A stretch of DNA of 64,000 bases, from IMG/VR virus record IMGVR_UViG_3300044506_000040; one strand, 5' to 3'. Every line of letters begins with the position of its first letter. Position 1 is the first letter of the stretch. Shown here in pieces: positions 43,624 through 52,997 of this stretch. The stretch is from an uncultured virus (IMG/VR IMGVR_UViG_3300044506_000040) (lineage: Duplodnaviria; Heunggongvirae; Uroviricota; Caudoviricetes). A model generated the notes under the pieces. The model saw only the letters and a list, made by a program, of their open reading frames with translations. It ran no database searches and was not told the origin of the DNA. A program made the position numbers and the translations under genes.

Positions 43624-45498
43624 ATGGAAGCTGTTGCACTCGAAAAGAATGGCGTTGTCCCCTTCAACCTCGCGGACTTCTACAAGACCGGTCACCCGGG
43701 CATGTACCCCGAAGGCATGAGCAAGCTGGTGGCGAACTTCACACCGCGCTCGTCCAAGCACGCGCCGGTGTTGCGCGAGCTGTTCGACGAAAAGGTCGTC
43801 TGGTACGGCCTGACGGGCTTCATGCAGGAATTCCTGGTTGACCTGTTCAACCGCGAGTTCTTCAACGCCCCGGACAAGGAAGCCGCGATCCGCAAGTATC
43901 GTCGCCGTATGAACAACGCGCTCGGCAAGGGCTCGGTGAACACGGCCAAGGTCGCCGCACTGCATGACCTCGGCTACCTGCCGCTGGAAATCCGTGCGTT
44001 GCCCGAAGGCTGTCGCGTGAACATCAAGGTGCCGCCGGTGATCTTCATCAGCACGCATGACGACTTCGCGTGGGTGGTGACGTACATCGAGACGCTGTTC
44101 AGCTGCGAAATGTGGAAGCCGGCGACGGTGGCGACGATTGCGTTCGAATTCCGCAAGCTCGCAACGTACTTCGCGAAGCTCACGGGCGCACCGCTCGACT
44201 TCATCTACTGGCAGATCCACGACTTCTCGATGCGCGGCATGTCGGGCGTGCACGATGCTGCTCGCTGTGGTTCGGGCGTACTCCTGTCGTTCTTCGGCAC
44301 GGACACGATCCCGGCAATCGATTACCACGAAGACTTCTACGGCGCGGACAGCGACCGTGAACTCATCGGTGGCTCGATCCCGGCAACCGAACACAGCGTG
44401 ATGACGCTGCGCATTCTGCTCGTGATGAAGCGTCTGGCCATGGGTCAGATCCACGGCGACCTGTCCACGTCCTACGTCTCGAAGCTCACGGGCGAAGAGC
44501 GCGACGCGATGATCAAGACGCTGCAAGCCGAACTCGACCAGATCGCCATGGGCGGTGAAGTCGACGAACGGACGATGACGGCCGAGCAAGCGGCAGCGAT
44601 CGCCAAGCGTGCACGTGACCTGCGCAAGCTCGCCGAGAAGGAAGTCATTCGTCAGCTGATCGAAGAAGACTTCCCGGAAGGCATGCTCTCGATCGTGGCC
44701 GACTCGTTCGACTACTGGGCAACCATCACGGAAGTCGCACCGGCTCTCGCCGACAAGATCAAGGCACGTCGCCCGAACGAACTCGGCATGGCGAAGATCG
44801 TCTTCCGTCCGGACTCGGGCGATCCTGTCAAGATTCTGACGGGCTACTTCGACGACGAACTCGTCTGCGATGCAAGCGACAAGCCGATCGTCTTCCCGGA
44901 CGGTCTGTACCGCGCACTGCACGACGGCGTGAAGGTCACGGAACACGAGCGCAAGGGTTCGGTCCAGTGCCTCTACGAATCGTTCGGTGGCACGGAAACG
45001 GACAAGGGCTTCAAGGTGCTGCACGAGCGCGTCGGTCTCATCTACGGCGACTCGATCAGCCTGGTGCGCGCACTCCAGATCTTCCTGCGTCTGGCTCGCA
45101 AGGGTTTCGCTTCCTGCAACGTCGTCTTCGGCGTCGGCTCGTACACGTACAACATGCTTTCGCGTGACACGTTCGGCTGGGCCATGAAGGCGCTGTACGC
45201 AGAAGTCGAAGCCATGTACGGCAAGGATCGCATCGAGATCTACAAGGATCCGGCAACCGACGACGGTACGAAGAAGTCGGCCAAGGGCCTGGTGCGTGTC
45301 GAGAAGGAAGGCGACGACTACGTGCTGTACGACCAGCAAACGCTCGAGCAGTTCGAGCAAGGCGAGTACAAGACGGTGTTCCGCAACAGCGTGATCACGG
45401 TTCGCCCGACGCTGGCCGGCATGCGTGGCAACCTGATGGACTCGTGGACCTGCCCGGATCCGGAAACGAATCCGATCGAATGGCGTCAAGCAGCGTAA
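43624..45498 (+). CDS. Nicotinamide phosphoribosyltransferase-like protein; probable Namat of NARP1
   Basis: DFYKTGH, HDFSMRG, GTDT, ATEHSVM, RPDSGDP, IYGDSI, FGVGS, RDTFGWAMKA, KDPATDDGTKKSAKG. Confidence 0.92.
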   Translation: MEAVALEKNGVVPFNLADFYKTGHPGMYPEGMSKLVANFTPRSSKHAPVLRELFDEKVVWYGLTGFMQEFLVDLFNREFFNAPDKEAAIRKYRRRMNNALGKGSVNTAKVAALHDLGYLPLEIRALPEGCRVNIKVPPVIFISTHDDFAWVVTYIETLFSCEMWKPATVATIAFEFRKLATYFAKLTGAPLDFIYWQIHDFSMRGMSGVHDAARCGSGVLLSFFGTDTIPAIDYHEDFYGADSDRELIGGSIPATEHSVMTLRILLVMKRLAMGQIHGDLSTSYVSKLTGEERDAMIKTLQAELDQIAMGGEVDERTMTAEQAAAIAKRARDLRKLAEKEVIRQLIEEDFPEGMLSIVADSFDYWATITEVAPALADKIKARRPNELGMAKIVFRPDSGDPVKILTGYFDDELVCDASDKPIVFPDGLYRALHDGVKVTEHERKGSVQCLYESFGGTETDKGFKVLHERVGLIYGDSISLVRALQIFLRLARKGFASCNVVFGVGSYTYNMLSRDTFGWAMKALYAEVEAMYGKDRIEIYKDPATDDGTKKSAKGLVRVEKEGDDYVLYDQQTLEQFEQGEYKTVFRNSVITVRPTLAGMRGNLMDSWTCPDPETNPIEWRQAA

Positions 45499-45511
45499 GC
45501 TGCGCGTGAAG

Positions 45512-45531
45512 CCGGGGGCAACTGCCCCCGG
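45512..45531. other. GC-rich hairpin after the NARP1 pair
   Basis: CCGGGGGCA-AC-TGCCCCCGG; no U tail, so possibly an mRNA-stabilising or processing stem. Confidence 0.5.
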
Positions 45532-45550
45532 TGTACTAATGGGGAGTTAG

Positions 45551-45913
45551 ATGGAGCCAGAAGACGTAGGGGATATTGACGACCTCTTCGAGTTCGTCCG
45601 GGAAAACACCCCAGGGGAAGCAGATGTGGCGCGATTTGGTGTGGCATTGAACCAGGTGATGATGCCGTACCAGGGCAGCTACATGGTGTTGAAGTACGCT
45701 GAAGGGGAGATGACGTTGCCGCCGTATGCACGCCGGACCGGCGAGCCTGACACGGTGAGGGCTGCGGAATTCATCTTCCACATCAACGAGTTTGAAAATC
45801 CAGGGTTTCGTTTTGGTCTCGACAAACATGGGCAGATTCTCTGCTGCGTGGCGCGTGACCCGGACGCGCCCCTTGACACGCTTGGTGCACCAAAGGGTGC
45901 CACCATTCATTAA
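45551..45913 (+). CDS. Hypothetical protein
   Basis: GGGGAG RBS; 120 aa. Confidence 0.65.
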   Translation: MEPEDVGDIDDLFEFVRENTPGEADVARFGVALNQVMMPYQGSYMVLKYAEGEMTLPPYARRTGEPDTVRAAEFIFHINEFENPGFRFGLDKHGQILCCVARDPDAPLDTLGAPKGATIH

Positions 45914-45935
45914 CTAAGCTGGAAGGAAGAAGAGC

Positions 45936-46745
45936 ATGAACCAGACCAAAACCAACAAGCGTTCGCACAATGGCCACAACAAGCACGAGGCCAAGAAGTC
46001 GTTCGCACCTCGGGGTCCCAAGGCACGCGTGATCAACCTGCGCGCCAAGGGCTATCACGGTGACACGCTCACCGAGCACGCAATTCCGGAAGTCAAGCGT
46101 TTCTACCAGATCATCGACGTGCTGCGCCTGGGCAACTACAAGACCGGCTTCAACACGTACCAGCATGGCCTGATCATCGTCGACGGCTTCACGATCAACC
46201 GCATCGCTGACGGCGGCTTCGTCAAGGTCACGGGCACCCTCTTCGGTCTGGTGAAGGCCGAGGACTACCTGCGCCTGCAAAACGCGAAGGGCGAGCCGGC
46301 ACTGGCCGACTACGTGCAAGCCGTGTTCATCGAAGACGGCCGCGTCATGTTCGCCGACGGCGACGTGACGAAGATCGCGCTCACGAAGTTCAAGACCGCG
46401 GAAGCGTCGAAGGAACTCTCCTTCAACTACCAAGGCCTCGAGCAGTTCGTCGCGCAACTCGTCGGTGAACTCTTCGCGCTGGACATCATGCCCCAGTTCG
46501 TGAAGAAGGAAGAAGCGAAGAAGGGTGGCAAGCAGCCGCGCGCTGCTGAAGCCAAGGACCTGCGTACGCCGAAGGCTGCGGACATCCGCCCGCGCGGCGC
46601 GCAAGAAGCCAAGCCCGAAATGCACGAAACGGCACTCGGTTCGGCCCTGAAGGCTGCAACCGACAACCGTCGTCCGGGCAAGAAGACGAGCGTGCCGCTC
46701 GACGAAGAAGCGGCTCGTGACGAGACCTTCGCTCTCCAGGCCTAA
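45936..46745 (+). CDS. Hypothetical protein with basic termini
   Basis: 269 aa, strong codon bias, AAGGAAG RBS. Confidence 0.75.
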   Translation: MNQTKTNKRSHNGHNKHEAKKSFAPRGPKARVINLRAKGYHGDTLTEHAIPEVKRFYQIIDVLRLGNYKTGFNTYQHGLIIVDGFTINRIADGGFVKVTGTLFGLVKAEDYLRLQNAKGEPALADYVQAVFIEDGRVMFADGDVTKIALTKFKTAEASKELSFNYQGLEQFVAQLVGELFALDIMPQFVKKEEAKKGGKQPRAAEAKDLRTPKAADIRPRGAQEAKPEMHETALGSALKAATDNRRPGKKTSVPLDEEAARDETFALQA

Positions 46746-46764
46746 ATGGCTTAAGTGCATAGAT

Positions 46765-46794
46765 GCCCGGGGTGGTCCCGGGCGTTTATGCTGA
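46765..46794 (+). terminator. Hairpin + TTTATGCTGA element
   Basis: GCCCGGG-GTGGT-CCCGGGC-G-TTTATGCTGA. Confidence 0.6.
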
Positions 46795-46818
46795 TCAGGT
46801 AATACCAGGACTAAAGTA

Positions 46819-47232
46819 ATGACAACGAAAACCGCAACGGGGATTTGGCGTTTCTTGACCGGCAATCCGGAAGCAAACATCGTGGACGGCTACGAGAAGG
46901 TCTTTGACTGGATCGTGGAGCATACGCCGACTGAAGAGGAAGCACTCTTCGATGTGCTGATGGTGCGCACGCATGAAGCCCTTCAATCGTTCAAGCGCTT
47001 TGGACAGGGTCCGCTCGACTTCAATATGAAGCTCAGCCTGAACCCGTGTCTCGTGCTCTTCTTCGATACGAAGGGACCGTTCCCCAATCCGGGCCTGCAC
47101 ACGCATGGCTTCGAAGGTGTCATCGAAGTGAACCAGGAGCATGGCGGGGAAAAGGTAGGCAAGCGACCTTTCTTCTTGGCTATGAAAGACGAGAAGATCT
47201 GCGGTATTTACGCGAAACCGCTTGCGTTGTGA
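46819..47232 (+). CDS. Hypothetical protein
   Basis: AGGA RBS; 137 aa. Confidence 0.65.
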   Translation: MTTKTATGIWRFLTGNPEANIVDGYEKVFDWIVEHTPTEEEALFDVLMVRTHEALQSFKRFGQGPLDFNMKLSLNPCLVLFFDTKGPFPNPGLHTHGFEGVIEVNQEHGGEKVGKRPFFLAMKDEKICGIYAKPLAL

Positions 47233-47259
47233 TTCAAAAGCAGGACAGACCTATATAAC
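47233..47259 (+). promoter_or_regulatory. Putative phage early promoter
   Basis: TTCAA-N14-TATATAAC. Confidence 0.7.
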
Positions 47260-47309
47260 ACCCGTGAGCTACATCCCGTAGTTTCATCAACCAAACCAAA
47301 GGAACAGTC

Positions 47310-48143
47310 ATGAACACGAACACTACGAAAGCAGTCGCAGTCGCAGCCATGAACCGCATCAACAGCGTGAAGCTCCTGATCATCGGCTATGCGCTGATGC
47401 ACAAGGACGGCTATCAATCGCCTGCGGGTCTGTTGCTCGAACCGCTCCACGTCATCTCGGAAGAGCTGGATCTCGCCACGCGCGACGAGATTCGCGAAGA
47501 GTTCTCTTCGCTGCTCGAAGCCGACGTCATCGAAATCGTCACCCAGGAAGACAAGACTGCACCTGCACGCTTCCGTCTGAAGACGAGCAGCCAGCAACTC
47601 GTCGATCAGCTCGCGCCCAGCCAGGCCGGTGACCCGAGCTTGCCGTTCAACAAGTTCGTCACCGCACTCAACACGGGCGTCGGCAAGTTCCGTGACGAGC
47701 TCGCGCCGAGCCGCTTCAAGCTGCTGCTCCAGCCGCCATTCACGAACACGCAAGGCTTCGGCCTGCTGCGCTCCGAAGGCTATCCGGCAGCACAGGGTCC
47801 GAGCATGGCAGCACCTGGTCGCCGTGGCTGGGCACCCAATGCGTACTACCCGTTCGTCTCCCCGATGGGCGAAGCACAGCCCGAAGGCAGCGAAGTCGAA
47901 ACTTACGCGAACGAAGCCGCGCAGATCCCGAGCACGAACCTGGTCGAGCGCAGCACGTACATCCGTGGCGTGAAGATCGAACCGGCGGACGCACGCCTTC
48001 TGGCATTCAAGCTGGCGCGCTTCCTGAACGCGGCGCAACAAATGCAGGGTCTCGAAGACAACACCTTCCAGATCCACGTCACGTTCAAGGGCATGGAGTT
48101 CAGTGTCATGGAAGCCCGCGAAGTCCTCGAGACGTTGCAGTAA
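47310..48143 (+). CDS. Hypothetical early protein (possible N-terminal winged helix)
   Basis: Downstream of the promoter and an AACCAAAGGA leader; 277 aa. Confidence 0.75.
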   Translation: MNTNTTKAVAVAAMNRINSVKLLIIGYALMHKDGYQSPAGLLLEPLHVISEELDLATRDEIREEFSSLLEADVIEIVTQEDKTAPARFRLKTSSQQLVDQLAPSQAGDPSLPFNKFVTALNTGVGKFRDELAPSRFKLLLQPPFTNTQGFGLLRSEGYPAAQGPSMAAPGRRGWAPNAYYPFVSPMGEAQPEGSEVETYANEAAQIPSTNLVERSTYIRGVKIEPADARLLAFKLARFLNAAQQMQGLEDNTFQIHVTFKGMEFSVMEAREVLETLQ

Positions 48144-48182
48144 GCAGCATCTTGTGAGACGGTCCACCTGAGGTAGCACGGC

Positions 48183-48216
48183 AAAAAGAAGGGGGTGACC
48201 CCTCCTTCTTTTTTTT
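48183..48216 (+). terminator. Intrinsic (likely bidirectional) terminator
   Basis: AAAAAGAAGGGGG...CCTCCTTC followed by a long T run. Confidence 0.75.
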
Positions 48217-48252
48217 GTTTCAAGGACCGCCCACAACGACAAGAGGCAGGGT

Positions 48253-48807
48253 ATGTGGTTACAACGCGGGGATGTTCCGGAGGAGTATCGCTCAGTGAGA
48301 CATCTGGGCAGTACACTTCTGAATGTGACGAAGGCGGCTGGCTTTCGTTACAAGGACGACAATCAGCTAGACTTGTCGCAATGCATAGGCTTCTCGCAGC
48401 ATGAGACGCTCATGGTACGGCTCGAAGAAGAGGGCTTGAAGAAAGTCACAGGTACCGTCATCGGCCTGATTACGGAGCGTTCTGCTTCGATGAAGTTGAG
48501 TGACATCGCACAGAACAAAATCTCCAAAGAAGTCCTGCGTATTCAAGCGCACCACTACGTCGTGATTCCTGACCAAAAGCGCGACCGTGAGCAGACGCTG
48601 CAAATGCAGTACTACATGAAACTGTGGGCCGTGGCAGCGCACCAACCCGGCTCGTATCGCACCAATCTCTGGGGCGAATTCCTCTCGCACATGCTTCAGA
48701 CGATCTTCCGGATGGACCATCCGACCGATCGCAGCGTCGAGTTGGAAGCCGGTGCCCTCTTGGACGTCGTCATGCAAAAGGCCAAAGGCGTATGGCCAGC
48801 GGAGTAG
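48253..48807 (+). CDS. Hypothetical protein
   Basis: GAGG RBS; 184 aa. Confidence 0.65.
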   Translation: MWLQRGDVPEEYRSVRHLGSTLLNVTKAAGFRYKDDNQLDLSQCIGFSQHETLMVRLEEEGLKKVTGTVIGLITERSASMKLSDIAQNKISKEVLRIQAHHYVVIPDQKRDREQTLQMQYYMKLWAVAAHQPGSYRTNLWGEFLSHMLQTIFRMDHPTDRSVELEAGALLDVVMQKAKGVWPAE

Positions 48808-48896
48808 GAAAAGACTAACCGAGTAATCGTGTGACGGGGAATGCCGTTATCACACTTCTTTCTTTTCCATACTTAGAAAGCAGCACGAGGTGTAGC

Positions 48897-49268
48897 ATGA
48901 TGAACATGCCTGAAGAAGAATCCGGTGCCGATATCATCGAGGTTCTCATGGAGCATATGGACAGCGAAGAGCTTGTTGATCGCTTTGACCATTTCGCCAC
49001 GCATGCCACTCTCAGCTTGGAGGATTTTGACGACGATGAACTTGAAGACAAAGGTGTCGAGTATTGCGTGATCGCCAAAAAGGCCGATCTCGCCATCAAC
49101 GGAAAAGAAGCTCACGGTATTTACGTTGCCATCTGGCCAGTGACCCTGGCTGGCGATAGCGACTTCTTGCCGACGCATTTGAGCCGCGAGCGTCACGCGC
49201 GGTTCCTCGAGATCGACCCTGAAACCGATCTCGTGTGCGACATGCATCCTCTACCGACGTTGCACTAA
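48897..49268 (+). CDS. Hypothetical acidic protein
   Basis: GAGGTG RBS before ATG 48897. Confidence 0.65.
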   Translation: MMNMPEEESGADIIEVLMEHMDSEELVDRFDHFATHATLSLEDFDDDELEDKGVEYCVIAKKADLAINGKEAHGIYVAIWPVTLAGDSDFLPTHLSRERHARFLEIDPETDLVCDMHPLPTLH

Positions 49269-49293
49269 GTAGTATCCGCATTCTTTTATTACT

Positions 49294-49336
49294 GCCTAGG
49301 CGTATCCTACAGGGTGCGACCTAGGCTTTATGCTGT
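49294..49336 (+). terminator. Hairpin + TTTATGCTGT element
   Basis: GCCTAGG...CCTAGGC with an inner stem, then TTTATGCTGT. Confidence 0.6.
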
Positions 49337-49385
49337 TGACTTACATTCTAGAACCAACTAAAATGGGGGTGTCTCAAAAACACGA

Positions 49386-49412
49386 TTCAAAAGAAAAACA
49401 GACTTATATAAC
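49386..49412 (+). promoter_or_regulatory. Putative phage early promoter
   Basis: TTCAA-N14-TATATAAC. Confidence 0.7.
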
Positions 49413-49475
49413 TCCCCCGAGCGCACAAACGTGAAGCTCACTATAACCAACAAACCAAAACCAAGGAGCAGAAGT

Positions 49476-51080
49476 ATGTTGAACGATAACGGTACAATCG
49501 GCAATGCCATGGGTGACATTCGCAATCTGTACAAGTCTCAAAATCAACGGGGTAAGTTTGGAATGAAGCATTCCTTTTTGCCGACCACTGTGGTCGAAAC
49601 GCCGGACACCACGATCACGATGGAAGATGACATCGACGTGGCGATCGTGAAGTTGATGATGTCGTACAAGGGTTACACGGGCGACGACGTGTGCCAGCAG
49701 CTGAAGGGCCGGGTCAACGATCTGGACGCGGTGAAGCCGACGATTTTCATGCTCAACATGAATGGCTTCTTCGACGTGCGGACCATCAAGGACGAACCGG
49801 TCTACACGCTGCGCCGTGGCAAGCAGATCACTGATCTGGAAGCCGTCGCTCGCAAGACCAAGGTGCGGGCCTTCAAGGCGCCGGAAGTGCATGTCGTCGA
49901 CCCCAACGGCGTCGTGCGTGCGGACGAAGGCGTGGACATCGGCATCTGGAAGGCGATGAGCGATCGCAAGTGGCGTGCGCTGCGTGAAGTCGTTCAGATC
50001 CTGAAGGAATTCGGGCTCGACTTCCGTGCAGTGGATCGCCGTCTGGACACGATGGTGCGTTCGAATCGCTGGTTCGATCGTCAGGGTACGGGCGGCAATA
50101 CGTTCTACCGCCTGAAGGCTCACATCGAATGCCCGGTGATGGAGCAGCCGAAGGACGACGTCAAGGCACAGTTCACCGAAGAAGCTCCGCAGGCAGCAGC
50201 GCCCGCGCAGATCACGGTGGCCAACCCGACCACGCTGCACGATCTCGTCAAGGACACCCCCAATGCCTGGACGATTCCGCCGCAAACGGAAGCAGCCGAA
50301 ACCGTGCCGCCTGTGAAGGCCCACGAAGACATTCTGCCGGGCGACAGCTTGAACGTCGCAATCTGGAAGGTGATGTCGGACCGCGAAGAATACACGGTCA
50401 ACGAAATCGGTTTGCTCTTGGCAGACTACGGCCTCACCATGGGTTCTGTCTCGCCCACGATGTCGTTGTTCTCGCAGAAGGGCTACGCCGATCGTCGTGA
50501 AGTCAAGCCGGAAGCAGGTCGCTCCTACTTCGTGTACCGTCTGAAGGACATTCCGATGCCGGACTTCCCCACGTCCAGCCGTACGAAGTTCGCTCAGGCT
50601 CCGGTCACGAGTGTGTCCACCGACGCGCAATTGAAGGACGCCGTCGAGCAGTTCAATCAGACGCCTGCGCAGCCGGAACCGGTTGCACAAGCAGCAGCAC
50701 AAACCACAACCAACGAAACGAAGGAACAGGAAAACATGAGCAAGTCCGCACAGGCAGCAGCAGCAACGTCGGCAGCATCCGCAGCAGCATCGGCTCAGGC
50801 GCCGCTCCTCTCGATCGTCGAGAAGAACCTGACCGATCTCGTGCCGCTGCTGTCGATGTCGATCGAAATCAAGGGCATCTCGATTACGCTCTCGGAATTC
50901 GGTCAGCTGTACAAGGGTCTGCGCGCAGAAGGTTTCCAGGCAGGTGGCCACGCGCCCAAGGGTCTGCTGGAAAAGACGTACGCGATCAAGGGCACCACAT
51001 TCACGCATGACGAACTGAACAAGCTCGTCGGCATGATGAGTGACCTGGGCCTGAATTTCCAGAAGGCCGTCACGCTGTAA
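49476..51080 (+). CDS. Protein with three tandem winged-helix-like repeats
   Basis: Repeats VAIVKLMM / IGIWKAMSDR / VAIWKVMSDR, each ending YTLR/YRLK; AAGGAG RBS. Confidence 0.7.
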   Translation: MLNDNGTIGNAMGDIRNLYKSQNQRGKFGMKHSFLPTTVVETPDTTITMEDDIDVAIVKLMMSYKGYTGDDVCQQLKGRVNDLDAVKPTIFMLNMNGFFDVRTIKDEPVYTLRRGKQITDLEAVARKTKVRAFKAPEVHVVDPNGVVRADEGVDIGIWKAMSDRKWRALREVVQILKEFGLDFRAVDRRLDTMVRSNRWFDRQGTGGNTFYRLKAHIECPVMEQPKDDVKAQFTEEAPQAAAPAQITVANPTTLHDLVKDTPNAWTIPPQTEAAETVPPVKAHEDILPGDSLNVAIWKVMSDREEYTVNEIGLLLADYGLTMGSVSPTMSLFSQKGYADRREVKPEAGRSYFVYRLKDIPMPDFPTSSRTKFAQAPVTSVSTDAQLKDAVEQFNQTPAQPEPVAQAAAQTTTNETKEQENMSKSAQAAAATSAASAAASAQAPLLSIVEKNLTDLVPLLSMSIEIKGISITLSEFGQLYKGLRAEGFQAGGHAPKGLLEKTYAIKGTTFTHDELNKLVGMMSDLGLNFQKAVTL

Positions 51081-51145
51081 GAGTAGCACCCCGGGGGACT
51101 ACGGTCCCCTATCACTTAAACTAGAAACCAAGGAACTGAAACAAG

Positions 51146-51586
51146 ATGGGTATCAAAGAAACGAAAGTCACGCTGATGCGTAAAGACAGTCAAGGTCTGG
51201 CCGGCACGGTCGCCAACGCGGAACACCACGCGAACGACATCCTGCCGTTCATCGAATCGATGTCGGGTGCTGTGAAGCATCTGGGCTTCAAGGAATGGAA
51301 GCAGGGTCACAACGTGCACGAGTTCATCACGCACGACGGCCGCTCGTTCGTGCTGCGCCCGATCGTCAAGGACGGCGAGAACGGTGAAGTGCATTACTTC
51401 GGCCTGCGCCTCTCCATGAAGCTCGGTCGCAAGATGGAAGACCAGCATCGCCTGATGGACATCGGCTCGATCAGCGACGTCGGTCGCCTGCTCGACATGC
51501 TGCACCAGCTGGCCGGTGCGGAAAAGGGTCGCCTGAATACCGGCGAAGAAGCCCGCCGTGCACGTGCTGCGAAGGCCAAGGCCTAA
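51146..51586 (+). CDS. Hypothetical protein
   Basis: AACCAAGGA leader; 146 aa. Confidence 0.72.
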   Translation: MGIKETKVTLMRKDSQGLAGTVANAEHHANDILPFIESMSGAVKHLGFKEWKQGHNVHEFITHDGRSFVLRPIVKDGENGEVHYFGLRLSMKLGRKMEDQHRLMDIGSISDVGRLLDMLHQLAGAEKGRLNTGEEARRARAAKAKA

Positions 51587-51602
51587 GCATTCAGCGTTGA
51601 AG

Positions 51603-51635
51603 AAAAGAAGAGCCCTTTGCGGTTCTTCTTTTTTT
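51603..51635 (+). terminator. Intrinsic terminator
   Basis: AAAAGAAGAGCC/GGTTCTTCTTTT stem with T tail. Confidence 0.72.
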
Positions 51636-51658
51636 GCCCGTAGCCTCAGGAGAAACTC

Positions 51659-51991
51659 ATGACTTTGCTCAACGCTGCTCGCTTTGTCGCTGGTGTACTC
51701 TGTCTCGGTATTTACTGCTGGATGCTCACCCACAAGGTGTCCAGCCGCATTCGCAACAGCCGCTACTGGCCCATTGGCTGGTTGGGTGCGTTGCTGATCC
51801 TCTCGATGGGTGGCAAGCTGCTCATCCCCTTCTTCGATTACCTCCCCATCGACGACGAGGTGGCGGTCCCGCTCCTCTTTGGCACGATGGTGTTCCTGAT
51901 CATCATCGCCTTCAGCTGGCAGATGTATAAGCTCAAGCGCCAGATCAACAATCCCCCGGAAATACTCTTCATCTTCAAGGAAAAGAAATGA
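51659..51991 (+). CDS. Three-TM membrane protein
   Basis: AGGAG RBS; hydrophobic segments. Confidence 0.65.
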   Translation: MTLLNAARFVAGVLCLGIYCWMLTHKVSSRIRNSRYWPIGWLGALLILSMGGKLLIPFFDYLPIDDEVAVPLLFGTMVFLIIIAFSWQMYKLKRQINNPPEILFIFKEKK

Positions 51992-52434
51992 GCGACGCCA
52001 AAGAAGGCAAGCTGAAGTTCATGGTCGCGATGCTCTTTCCCAACGGCTCGTGCTGGTGGATCAGCAAGAACGAAGGGCAAGCCATTCTCTTCACGAACAG
52101 CGAGATCATCGACAATCATCGCTGGGAGTTCGAAGATGAGCACGCAGCGCGTTCGGCGATGCTCAACCTGATCGATGCGACGTACGTGCTGGATCAGTCG
52201 CCCATGCAGTTGGGTGGTATTCTTCTGCGTAAGTTCCGGCTGCTGCATGAAGACGTGATCGACAACGGGGACGCGATTAACTTCCGTTTCCGTCGTGGCG
52301 TGCATCTCCAGCTGTATAAGGCGATGGTCTACCGCAACGGCGAGATCCTGCTCAAGGAACCGATCGGCGAGCCGAAGCAGTTCAGCTGGAAGACCATCAA
52401 GAAAAAGGAACCGGACTATGCCATCGCCAGCTGA
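51988..52434 (+). CDS. Hypothetical protein
   Basis: ATGA overlap; 148 aa. Confidence 0.65.
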   Translation: MSDAKEGKLKFMVAMLFPNGSCWWISKNEGQAILFTNSEIIDNHRWEFEDEHAARSAMLNLIDATYVLDQSPMQLGGILLRKFRLLHEDVIDNGDAINFRFRRGVHLQLYKAMVYRNGEILLKEPIGEPKQFSWKTIKKKEPDYAIAS

Positions 52435-52654
52435 CGAGCGCACGGTTGCTGTTCCGCTCGATGCCTACGATAAGTTGGTTAAGCGCACGATGCGGCTGAT
52501 GTATCCGGCGCCGTCTGACTACTCGCCGGAGTTGGCAGCGCGTCACTACCACTGCTTGGAAACCGCCTGCATCACGAAGCCGGAATTCTTGCTGGATGAC
52601 TTGCACATGCTCCTTGAGCGTCTGGAGGCCAAGCATGCCGCGGAAGCTGTTTAA
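52418..52654 (+). CDS. Hypothetical protein
   Basis: Overlapping operon ORF with AAGGA upstream. Confidence 0.5.
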   Translation: MPSPADERTVAVPLDAYDKLVKRTMRLMYPAPSDYSPELAARHYHCLETACITKPEFLLDDLHMLLERLEAKHAAEAV

Positions 52655-52994
52655 GTGGGAAGACGGTCGTCAGAATACTGGCTACCGTATCTTCACCATG
52701 CTCAACTCCAACCATCTCGCGATGGACATGCATCTGATCGCCTACCCCACGGGCAGCCTGATTCCCCCGCACAAAGACCCCATGCTCTTTGGTCAGCGCC
52801 ACTATCGGCTGAACATCGAAGTCAAACGCCCGGAAAAGGGCGGGGTGTTCCAGTGTGGTAAGTGTCTCTTTCGTTGGTGGCGCATTGCGTTCTTCCGGCC
52901 GGACTTGGAAGAGCACAGTGTCACCAAGATCGAAGCCGGTAGTCGTTACGTTCTCAGCTTCGGCTGGAAGCGCCCTCCCCTCCCCCAAGGATAA
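52635..52994 (+). CDS. Minimal 2OG-Fe(II) oxygenase
   Basis: YPTGSLIPPHKD (HxD), GGVF, FRPDLEEHSV (distal His), RYVLS (2OG Arg). Confidence 0.78.
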   Translation: MPRKLFKWEDGRQNTGYRIFTMLNSNHLAMDMHLIAYPTGSLIPPHKDPMLFGQRHYRLNIEVKRPEKGGVFQCGKCLFRWWRIAFFRPDLEEHSVTKIEAGSRYVLSFGWKRPPLPQG

Positions 52995-52997
52995 CAA

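Noticed and set aside
44407..44634. Intein in the Nampt-like gene
   Set aside because: Too short and lacks N-terminal Cys/Ser block and terminal His-Asn motifs.
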